NCBI GenBank assembly: GCA_963736005.1
Contig: CAVTNB010000004.1
Coordinates: forward strand, 1-18,474
Length of the DNA stretch: 18,474 bases
Source: an uncultured Pseudomonadota bacterium
Lineage (GTDB): Bacteria > Vulcanimicrobiota > Vulcanimicrobiia > Eremiobacterales > Eremiobacteraceae
Direction of reading: 5' to 3'
Shown: piece after piece, positions 10,201 to 17,503 of the stretch
Layout of the letters: each line of letters starts with the position of its first letter
Position numbering within the stretch: the stretch's first letter is position 1
Translations under genes and position numbers: made by a program
The notes under the pieces: generated by a model
Seen by the model: the letters and a program-made list of their open reading frames with translations, nothing else
Database searches by the model: none
Told to the model about the DNA's origin: nothing

Positions 10201-10493
10201 GGCTCTCACAAGACTGGGAAGTGCAACGAGTCTCCCATGCTGATGCGTATGCTTGGCTTCCGCTGCCCGCCGGCGCCAGAGCACAACAGCCGGGAGCCAC
10301 TGTCAACATCCAACGCGTGTTCGCAAGAGGTGCGGATACGCGTTGCCTTGTTGCCGAAAAACTAGACGCAGGGAAGGTGACCTTTGTGAATCGAGGCGGA
10401 GCATGGGAACTTTCTCCAAACGCCGCACCACTCGTGCTAGAAAGCCTCGACATCAAGGCGCCCGACCATCCTGACTTTGCTCGACGAAAGTAA
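7263..10493 (+). CDS. Very large membrane protein, probable GT-C (ArnT/PMT-like) glycosyltransferase with a long extracytoplasmic C-terminal region
   Basis: 1076-aa ORF. About 620 N-terminal aa are multi-TM, with an acidic loop motif (PNVEWDAVNYY), YVD and the LAILTKVTG lysine motif seen in ArnT/PMT-like proteins. About 450 C-terminal aa are hydrophilic. GTG start without a clear RBS. Confidence 0.72.
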   Translation: MQYLEFSGLSFLVVALLVLPGLPFAIFLRKTPTMWTLLSDALLWSLALDTAVAWLPPLRHVRVDTWLWCLVILSLVGAVTIVLSRNRMSRADAREPNGVPFPIALATGIIFSFYAIIALVRPNVEWDAVNYYLFTAVGFSVSGHVDYFLPHVLTIADKAPMSLPPVMPTLYAVAIDLASALHVAADQVVRWIPLALLFGTWASARRLAQVFLRAPYPDLAAILFLTLPALTLYMTFNPLYVDLALAFLLCTLLADIATGNDSWNDGLRVGVTCALAILTKVTGLPILCMLLLVALTFWIGGVRGRILYGIAIAASGVLAWRLGLLGNALAAPTLCAAVIAIVLVYVAIPRHAEGRLPHWQFVGALALGMVSSLYVVLRTSQLVGSSLSFYAPGLAHILSPNWEWAWRTIRSLAVYDVSAPPGSIQNAAWGLILWWGFAPVTNIVACFGFIISLRRQLPIRSLGALFALYALAWLTVFHSNQFHNAFQFREFLALGFIEPIFAAYALSVVFETNAVGAGWAAGLLMLFAVPFAWVAQETFFWTPQGVLDRFGFNQWLALSNDTLRNAAVFSCVGLVLLFALWNFGLRRTLNQGWDLTQRALIVCCALLFFFPVIRTAVSPGFRVQYQAVRNTQVYGYLPALDAALSSSNESILTFVGYGVSWYSAGRERAVDLTDALALGLLKANLGEDNPSKTLQTLRSVGISAAILPIPDSNFGAAFQKLTLEDGMSGLRIFDDPLLTRDKQYGSWNYAVLYDPTTMQSGQHQLVVKTLRGSLIDATEPFERFHSASIMALLVGMPVGRIASGVLKIEAYACSPGPVCQSSPSIAVVSVAKPGRSVNIPFADLIRMVGLRSYSNNVARKVLLRSIELGLFDAAGRSEGVIDWRSSRFVIDSRGTRVTLDPNSAPFTAFPEYAPIGAVNVILARSSNRPLIYPSLSRNRASEPSAVGLSLALRSGPLCPQKERLLVSVYGTTRFKGKKTWLSQDWEVQRVSHADAYAWLPLPAGARAQQPGATVNIQRVFARGADTRCLVAEKLDAGKVTFVNRGGAWELSPNAAPLVLESLDIKAPDHPDFARRK

Positions 10494-10502
10494 CGAAAAG
10501 AA

Positions 10503-12380
10503 ATGTGCGGTATCACCGGTATCGTTCGGTTCGACGAGGAGTCAGTCTCTTTAGGTGAGCTCAAGCGGATGACGTCTTCTCTCGCGCATCGGGGTCCAGA
10601 TGACGAGGGTGTGTACATCTCAGGAAGAGCGGGCATCGGGCACAGACGGCTTTCGATTATCGACCTGTCCCCGGCCGGCCACCAACCGATGTCGACCTCG
10701 GATGGACGATTTACCCTTTCATTTGGCGGCGAGATTTTCAACTTCCGCGAGTTACGTCTGGAGCTGCAAGCGCTTGGTCACACGTTTGTCTCAGCCACGG
10801 ACAGCGAAGTGCTCCTCAAGGCGCTGGTCCAGTGGGGTACAGGTTGCCTCCCCCGGCTCGACGGCATGTTCGCGTTTGCTCTTTGGGACGCACAGGAACA
10901 GGAGCTTTTGCTTGTTCGCGATCGCTACGGGATTAAGCCGCTCTATGTGTCTGTTTGCGACAGTCTCTTCTTGTTCGGCTCGGAAATCAAAGCAATTCTG
11001 GCTCATCCGTCCTATTCCGTTCGACTTGACCTGCCTCGACTGCTGGAGTATTTCACCTTCCAAAATTTCTTCACTGACGGCACGCTGTTTCAGGATGTGA
11101 AACTGTTGCCTGCGGGTCACTTTCTTCGCGTCGACGCAAAAACTCGCGACCATCAGCTCGTGCGCTATTGGGATTTCGATTTTCGTCGACCTCTCGAACT
11201 TGCAGACGAGCGCGAATACTTGGAAGAGCTCGATCGACTCTTCCGCGCCGCCGTGACGCGGCAACTTGTCAGCGATGTCGAGATTGGCGCATATTTAAGC
11301 GGCGGAACAGACTCGGGCTCAATCACGGCCATCGCCAGCAGCTTCTATCCGTTCCTCAAGTCGTTCACGGCTGGCTTTGAAGCGCTTTCAGCATCAGGAC
11401 TTGAGATCGGCTTTTCAGACGAACGTGCCGAGGCCGAATATCTGTCCTACCTGTTTAAGACAGAGCATTACGAAATGGTCCTCAAGGCGGGAGATATGGA
11501 ACGAGTGATGCGAGACTTGGTCTGGCACCTTGAGGAGCCGCGAGTTGGTCAGAGCTATCCCAACTTTTACACCGCTCGGTTGGCGAGCAAGTTTGTCAAG
11601 GTTGTTTTATCTGGGAGTGGTGGGGACGAACTCTTCGCGGGCTACCCATGGCGCTACTACAGCGCGGTCGTCAATGACTCGTTCGAACATTACATTGACA
11701 AGTACTATAGATTTTGGCAGCGACTCATTCCGAACCGGCTCATCAAAGAAGTGTTCAAGCCAATCTGGAGCTCCGTGAAAGACGTGAGCACGCGCGACAT
11801 CTTTCGCAATGTTTTCGCCAATCATGCGGCGTCCTTGAGCAGTCCTGAAGAGTATGTCAACCACTCGCTCTATTTCGAAGCCAAGACATTCCTTCACGGT
11901 TTGCTTGTTGTGGAGGACAAACTCAGCATGGCCCACGGACTGGAAACGCGGGTCCCCTTCCTGGACAATGAGCTGGTTGATTTTGCGGTCCGAGTGCCAG
12001 TTCGTTTGAAATTAGGCAACTTGGGCGAGGTGGTTCGACTCGATGAAAACGAGCCAGGACCGAAAACCCAGAAGTATTTTGAAAAGACTCACGACGGAAA
12101 ACTGATCCTACGTAAGTGCATGGAGCGCTACGTTCCTCTCGATGTAGCAAAAAGAATAAAGCGAGGTTTTTCCGGGCCTGATAGTTCATGGTTCCGCGGG
12201 CAAAGTATCGACTATGTCAAGCGCACGCTCTATGCGAGCGACGCTCGCTTATACGATTTCCTCGATCGCCAGACCGTCACGGCACTTGTGGACGAACACT
12301 TAGAAGGAAGGGTAAATCGTCGCTTGCTCATCTGGTCGCTCCTGAATTTCGAACTGTGGTGTCAGATTTTCTTGAGCTAA
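10503..12380 (+). CDS. asnB: Asparagine synthase (glutamine-hydrolysing) family amidotransferase, probably glycan-amidating
   Basis: MCGI start (Ntn cysteine), HRGPD, GHRRLSIIDLS, GHQPM, RDRYGIKPLY, SEIKA, PP-loop LSGGTDS, GSGGDELFAGY, DKLSMAHGLETRVPFLD. Confidence 0.95.
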   Translation: MCGITGIVRFDEESVSLGELKRMTSSLAHRGPDDEGVYISGRAGIGHRRLSIIDLSPAGHQPMSTSDGRFTLSFGGEIFNFRELRLELQALGHTFVSATDSEVLLKALVQWGTGCLPRLDGMFAFALWDAQEQELLLVRDRYGIKPLYVSVCDSLFLFGSEIKAILAHPSYSVRLDLPRLLEYFTFQNFFTDGTLFQDVKLLPAGHFLRVDAKTRDHQLVRYWDFDFRRPLELADEREYLEELDRLFRAAVTRQLVSDVEIGAYLSGGTDSGSITAIASSFYPFLKSFTAGFEALSASGLEIGFSDERAEAEYLSYLFKTEHYEMVLKAGDMERVMRDLVWHLEEPRVGQSYPNFYTARLASKFVKVVLSGSGGDELFAGYPWRYYSAVVNDSFEHYIDKYYRFWQRLIPNRLIKEVFKPIWSSVKDVSTRDIFRNVFANHAASLSSPEEYVNHSLYFEAKTFLHGLLVVEDKLSMAHGLETRVPFLDNELVDFAVRVPVRLKLGNLGEVVRLDENEPGPKTQKYFEKTHDGKLILRKCMERYVPLDVAKRIKRGFSGPDSSWFRGQSIDYVKRTLYASDARLYDFLDRQTVTALVDEHLEGRVNRRLLIWSLLNFELWCQIFLS

Positions 12381-13510
12381 GTCGAGCGCACTGGGCTGTC
12401 CACATGAAGCGCTAATTGCACAGATGAAAGCAACGATGCTGCAGACTCGGCGCGAAGCTTCGCCAAGAACGTCCTGCCAGGCTCAACGTCCTTGCTGCTG
12501 CGACCAAGCGCCACCTTTCTGAGCGCAGCCGCCATACCATCGATGGTCCCGTCGTACAGTTCAACAAACTCTGCGCACAACGTGTTGACGTCGTTTCCGT
12601 CATCGACAGAGACAATATGAACGCCGTTATTGATATACTCGAATATCTTCGAGGGAAGCGCGTAGTGAAGGCTGTTTGAGACAGCAACATCGCAGTCGGC
12701 GAGGATGTCGCCGAGCACTGATGGATTCACGTCAGGCAGGATTTTTACAAGATTCGAAATGCCGCACGCCCGAGCCATTTCTTCAAACGGTGCAGGATCG
12801 CCATATCCGACCATAAGGAAACGAATGTTGGCTCCCGCTTGGCTCGCGAGGGCAACCGCTCGAATCTGATCTTCAAGTCCTCGGAATCCGCGCTGCAGTC
12901 CGCCCGCATAAACCAGGATAGTGGCATTTTCCCAGTCGTCAACCCGAATGCCACTACGACCCCGCTCACCGATGAGTCGGGTGCCATGGATGTTATAAAA
13001 TCGCAGTATTGGACCTCGCCATCCGCGGTGACGCAGAATTTCATCAAGACCCGGGCTCACCGAGAGCGTCGCACTCACAGAACGATCGATGATGAAATGA
13101 GACAAGATGAGCCACGGCTTGAGAGTGTAAAAGAGCGGTCCTGGACCTATTCCGCTGCGAATGACCTCGATGACAGGATCCATGCAATCATAGACCAGAG
13201 GTATCGATAACGTGCGCAACGCGGTCACGATCGGCGCTACTAAAGGAGCTCCCGCCTGCGTCAAAATGACCAGATCGGGCCGATGACGAGCGCTATATCG
13301 AATGATTTCAAGAGCGGTTTTTGCTTGCGTGCGCGCACCATTCCCGCGCACCCAGTGAACGTCATTGGTGACGACCGGTTGCTTCGAAGCCATGCCGACA
13401 ACGGTGACCTGATGGCCAGCGTCACGCAAGAGTGTTGCTTGATAATCGATGAGGCCGGTGAAACCATTGTTCACGCTCAAGTCCATCATAGCGGTGATCG
13501 CTATTTTCAA
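12377..13510 (-). CDS. Glycosyltransferase family 4 (GT-B)
   Basis: 377-aa ORF with TTG start and GAGGAG RBS (13517-13522). Motifs MKIAI, AGHQVTVV, ILVYAGGL...RGLE, RFLMVGYG, LADCDVAV...LPSKIFEY. Stop overlaps the asnB stop by 4 nt. Confidence 0.88.
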   Translation of the reverse strand: MKIAITAMMDLSVNNGFTGLIDYQATLLRDAGHQVTVVGMASKQPVVTNDVHWVRGNGARTQAKTALEIIRYSARHRPDLVILTQAGAPLVAPIVTALRTLSIPLVYDCMDPVIEVIRSGIGPGPLFYTLKPWLILSHFIIDRSVSATLSVSPGLDEILRHRGWRGPILRFYNIHGTRLIGERGRSGIRVDDWENATILVYAGGLQRGFRGLEDQIRAVALASQAGANIRFLMVGYGDPAPFEEMARACGISNLVKILPDVNPSVLGDILADCDVAVSNSLHYALPSKIFEYINNGVHIVSVDDGNDVNTLCAEFVELYDGTIDGMAAALRKVALGRSSKDVEPGRTFLAKLRAESAASLLSSVQLALHVDSPVRST

Positions 13511-13726
13511 AGATCACTCCTCGAACTCGCTGAACAACGGGTACCTTAGCGACGACGTTTCGTTTTCAGGGCCGCAGACATCACACCTTGTGGCGCGGGG
13601 CCAAGCGCCGAAGGTCGTCATGGGCCTTTTTTGAGCGCTGCAGTCCCTTCAAAGACGGCATTAACACCCCTGGCCTGTAAGCGCAAGGGAGCTCTCGAAG
13701 GTGAGTCGTAAGCCTGTCGTATCCTA

Positions 13727-15277
13727 ATGAAGCGCAGCGTAACCTCGTCGACGTTTGCAGTCATGCTTGCCATGCTGCTCAGCATGGTGCTCGGGTTTGC
13801 CCGCGAAGTCGTCAACGCCAAATATTTCGGCGAGCGCTGGGAGCTCGACGCATTTTTGGTCGCCGCGATCTTGCCCACCCTCGTGTTTGGCGTGTTCAAC
13901 GGTGCCCTGGTCAGCGCGCTAGTGCCGATCTTCAGCGGCTATTTCGCGGAAGGCAAAGACGAAGAGGCGTGGCGCTTTTCTAGCACGGTCATCAATGGCC
14001 TGATCATCGTGCTCTCGGTGCTTGCCGCCATCGCGTGGCTCGCCGCGCCGTGGCTCGTCCACCTGGTCGCGAAGGGCTTCCCCGGGCCGGAAACCGGCGT
14101 GACGGTGCGCATGACCCGCATCCTCATGCCAACCATCGTGGCGACATCGATCGCCGGCGTGGTCCAAGCGCTGCTCAACGCGCAGCGCAGCTTTCGCGCC
14201 GCTTCGTTGCAAGGCGCTGCGCTGAACCTTGTCACGATCGCGGGAGTGCTGCTGCTCTACCAGGCTTACGGCATTTATGCGTTGGTGTTCGGCACAGCAG
14301 TTGGCCTCTTTGCCCAGCTCGCCGTCCAGTTGCCAAATTACTTCAAGCGTTGCAAGTATCGGTTTGTCCTGGACCTGCACCATCCAGGCTTGCGTACCTT
14401 GGCTTTCATCGTCGGGCCGATCATCGTGGGCTCGGCAGCGGGTCAAATTAACTTGTTGTTCGACAAGTATTTTGCCTCGACACTGTTGCCTGGAAATATC
14501 GCGGCCATGCAATATGCCACCAAAGTGGTCGGGTTTCCCCAGCAACTCTTCGCTGTCGCGATTGCGACCGTCATGTTCCCAATTCTCTCCGCGCACTTTG
14601 CCAAGAGTGAACGTGAGTCGCTGCGCTCCACTGCGTTCTCGGGTCTGCGCATCACCGCGCTCATTACGATCCCGTCTGCGTTCGCGCTCATCGCGCTGGC
14701 GCGACCAATTATCAGCGTCCTATTCGAGCGCGGCGAATTTACGTCGGGTGACGTCGTCCGCACCGCGGGAGCGATGCAGTTCTATGCCATCGGGCTCTTG
14801 GGCATCGCCGCCAGTATCGTGCTGACGCGATGTTTCTTTGCCATGCACGATTCGAAGACGCCCGTCATCGTAGCGAGCGGCGTCGTCGCGCTCAACGTTG
14901 TGTGCTCGGCCCTGACGGTACGGGAGTCGGCATCAATGGCTGGCGGCGTCAAACTCCTTGGCGTCGCTTGTCGAGGCAGCCCTGCTCGGGTATCTTTTGA
15001 TTCAGCGAATCGGCGTTGCCGACGGGGAGTTTGCCGGAACTTCGTTTGCTTCGACGGCGGTTGCGTCGGCAGCGAGGCGGTGATTTCGTCATCCGTCGCA
15101 ACCGCGCTCTGGCACGTGTCGGCGCCGTTTTGGCAGCACTGCGCTGTCCTGGCGCTTGCGATCCTCGCCGGTGCGGTGACATTTATCCTGGTCGGCGCTG
15201 CGCTGCGCATTCGAGAACTCTCCGAATTGTGGGCTGTCATCACATGGCGTGCACACCCAAGCGCGACCTCCGCATAG
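13727..15277 (+). CDS. murJ: MurJ/MviN-family (MOP) lipid-linked precursor flippase
   Basis: LSMVLGFAREVV.AKYFG, DAFLVA..LP, GAL.SALVPIF, QINLLFD..FAS.L, QYA..V..FP, LFERGEF, FFAMHDSKTP. Segment 14920-15078 is locally out of frame (compensating indels). Confidence 0.93.
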   Translation: MKRSVTSSTFAVMLAMLLSMVLGFAREVVNAKYFGERWELDAFLVAAILPTLVFGVFNGALVSALVPIFSGYFAEGKDEEAWRFSSTVINGLIIVLSVLAAIAWLAAPWLVHLVAKGFPGPETGVTVRMTRILMPTIVATSIAGVVQALLNAQRSFRAASLQGAALNLVTIAGVLLLYQAYGIYALVFGTAVGLFAQLAVQLPNYFKRCKYRFVLDLHHPGLRTLAFIVGPIIVGSAAGQINLLFDKYFASTLLPGNIAAMQYATKVVGFPQQLFAVAIATVMFPILSAHFAKSERESLRSTAFSGLRITALITIPSAFALIALARPIISVLFERGEFTSGDVVRTAGAMQFYAIGLLGIAASIVLTRCFFAMHDSKTPVIVASGVVALNVVCSALTVRESASMAGGVKLLGVACRGSPARVSFDSANRRCRRGVCRNFVCFDGGCVGSEAVISSSVATALWHVSAPFWQHCAVLALAILAGAVTFILVGAALRIRELSELWAVITWRAHPSATSA

Positions 15278-15283
15278 AAGGCA

Positions 15284-16109
15284 ATGTTGTCAGCCTCGGG
15301 CTTGCCCTGACCAAGAATTTCCTCGCCAAGCAGACGAAACTGCGTCCGAAATTCGCCATCGTGCTGGGCTCTGGCTTTGGCGAGGCTGTCGATTGGCTCA
15401 AGGTCGAAAAAACACTCGACTATGCGGACCATTGCAATTTTCGGGGTAGATCGGTTGCCGGCCATCACGGACAGGGGCTCCTGGGCATTCGCAAGGCGGC
15501 ATGGCCATGGTCATTTTCCCGTGGCCGCGCGCATTACTACGAGGGGCTCACGATGCGCGATGCTGCCTTCCGGCTAAGTTGCCCAGCGATTGGTGCATCA
15601 ATTTTTATCGTGACCAATGCGGCAGGCGGTATAATCAGGACTTCGCCGCAGGCGATCTCATGCTCATCCGCGACCATCTCGACCTCATGGGGGATAACCG
15701 CGCTGCGCAGTCTTGAACTGCACCAGGGCGCAACGGTTCGTCGCAATGCGCGATGCGTATGATATCGAACTTCGAACTTGCCCTTGGGCTTGCTCGCCGC
15801 GATGGCATCAAACTGCAGCAAAGCGGGTATGCGGCGCTGAGCGGGCCATCCTCGAAACCGAAGCGGAACTGCGCATGCTCTATCCCTCGGAGCCGATGCC
15901 GTCGGTTGTCGACCCGTGCCTGAAGTCATGGCTGCGGACAGATGGGACTGCACGTCTTGGGGCTATCCGTTATTGCCAATGATGCCTTTCCTCGACGCCG
16001 CCATCAGGCGACCGACGTCAGCCACGAAGAGGTGCTGCACACGGTCGAGCAGTCGCTCGCTTCGGTGCGGACGATCGTCGAAGGCGTCATCGAGAGCAAC
16101 CCCGATTGA
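15284..16109 (+). CDS. punA: Purine nucleoside phosphorylase (trimeric PNP-I / PunA-XapA type); multiply frameshifted as sequenced
   Basis: Motifs in order across shifting frames: AIVLGSG, VAGHHG, GRAHYYEG, IVTNAAGG, GDLMLIRDH, DAYD..LR, ETEAE.RML, GADAVG, PEV, SHEEVL. Ends EGVIESNPD-TGA at 16107-16109. Probable start ATG 15284 after GAAGG. Confidence 0.88.
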
Positions 16110-17346
16110 CCAAACACGCTATCGACGTTCGCGGGCTTGCCGAACGCAAGCGGGCGGGTACGCAACATTCACGCGATGAGATCAACGCGCTCGTTAACGG
16201 TTACTCTCACGGCCACGTCGATGACGAAACCTTCACCCTTTGGCTGCGCGCAGTCATAGCGGCCGGCATGACGATTGAGGAAACGGCATGGCTGACCGAC
16301 GCGATGGCGCATCGGGAACCACCATCAGTTGGGCCCGCACGATCGGAACGATCGTCGACAAACATTCCACCGGAGGGGTCGGCGACGCAGTGGGCTCGAT
16401 CGCCGTGCCGCTTCCGCCGCGTGCGGCGTGAAGGTCGCAAAACTTTCAGGGCGAGGGCTTGGGCATACAGGAGGCACGCTCGACAAACTCGAGTGCATTC
16501 CAGGATTGACGACCTCACTTTCCATCGAGGCTTTCAAAGCGCAGGTTGCGGAGATCCGTTGCGCGATCGTCTCCGCAAGCGAAAGCCTTGCACCCGCGGA
16601 CAAGAAGATGTACGAGTTGCGACATCGCACGCAGACCGTTGCGAGCGTTCCGCTGATAGCGGCGAGTATCTTGAGCAAGAAGATTGCGGGCGGCGCTCCA
16701 TATCTGTCATCGACGTCAAAGCGGGGCGTTACGCGTTCATGCAGACGGCGGAGACTGCACGCGAGCTTGCTGACATAATGTTGCACGTTGGCGCTAGGCT
16801 GGGTCAAAACAATAACCGTGCTTGTGACCGACATGGATTCGCCGCTCGCCTCGTCCGTGGGCGACGCATTAGAGTTCGACGAAGCGTTGCGAGTGCTCCA
16901 AGGCCACGACGAAGGACGCTTGTGCGATGCAGCGCTCGCCGTTGCGGAGGCGATGTTGCGATCGGTCACGCCGAGCAACCACAGCTCGAACCACGTTACG
17001 CTGCAGTCTTGCGGCATGCGCTCCGCGATGGCACAGCCTACGAGCGCTTCGCCGCGATGGTGCAGGCGCAAGGCGGCAATCTGCTGGCATTCGAGCGGCC
17101 GGCGGATCCGGATATCGCGATCGAGGCCCCCGAGAGCGGCGTCGTTACTTCGGTCGATGGCCCTGCGATCGGCGAGGCTGTCGTGCCGCTCAGAGCGCTG
17201 AGAAGAGTCATCGTCGTGCGGGCATCAGATTGTATAAGCGGGAGGGTGAGACGGTGAAAAAGGGAGAGGTGCTTATGGGAGCCTTTGGCAACCAGGCGCA
17301 AGCACTGGGCGAACGGGTTCGGGGCGCCGTGCAATTGGCAAATTAG
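16106..17346 (+). CDS. pdp: Pyrimidine-nucleoside / thymidine phosphorylase; multiply frameshifted as sequenced
   Basis: Motifs across frames: ETAWLTDAM, DKHSTGGVGD, KVAKLSGRGLGHTGGTLDKLECIPG, APADKK, PLIAASILSKKIAGG, DVK.G..AFM, TDMDSPL...VG.ALE, MVQAQGG, AGIRL.K..GE.V.KGE. The TTG start overlaps the punA stop (TTGA). Confidence 0.9.
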
Positions 17347-17392
17347 CCCCGCAAGCTCGCCCCGTGGTTCTCGCCCGCCTCCACGCCAACTC

Positions 17393-17490
17393 AATGTAGT
17401 GTCGCGAATTCATTCGCGACTTTGGAGATGAGATGTAGTGTCGTGAATTCATTCGCGACAGACGCGCGGATAAATTCGCGCGACTACATT
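17393..17490. repeat. Cluster of three GTAG-family REP-like palindromes (REPIN/BIME-like)
   Basis: 17394-17420 ATGTAGTGTCGCGAATTCATTCGCGAC and 17433-17459 ATGTAGTGTCGTGAATTCATTCGCGAC (1 mismatch). An inverted variant at 17463-17490 reads AATGTAGTCGCGCGAATTTATCCGCGCG on the minus strand. Each is GTAG followed by a GC-rich hairpin. Confidence 0.85.
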
Positions 17491-17493
17491 CAA

Positions 17494-17500
17494 GAGGAGG
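17494..17500 (+). promoter_or_regulatory. Shine-Dalgarno site (GAGGAGG) of rfbD
   Basis: GAGGAGG just upstream of ATG 17504. Confidence 0.7.
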
Positions 17501-17503
17501 GCG

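Noticed and set aside
10503..12380. AsnB-like protein as a lasso-peptide cyclase
   Set aside because: Full Ntn domain with N-terminal Cys, no B protein/RRE or precursor nearby, and a glycan-gene context.
6316..13700. Lower-GC horizontally acquired island ending before murJ
   Set aside because: A few spot-checked lines suggest lower GC than parts of murJ, but they vary widely and I cannot compute a reliable profile; no integrase, tRNA or att site is seen.
17394..17490. Mini CRISPR array
   Set aside because: Only two direct copies with a 12-nt spacer, the third copy is inverted, and there are no cas genes; GTAG-hairpin structure fits REPs.
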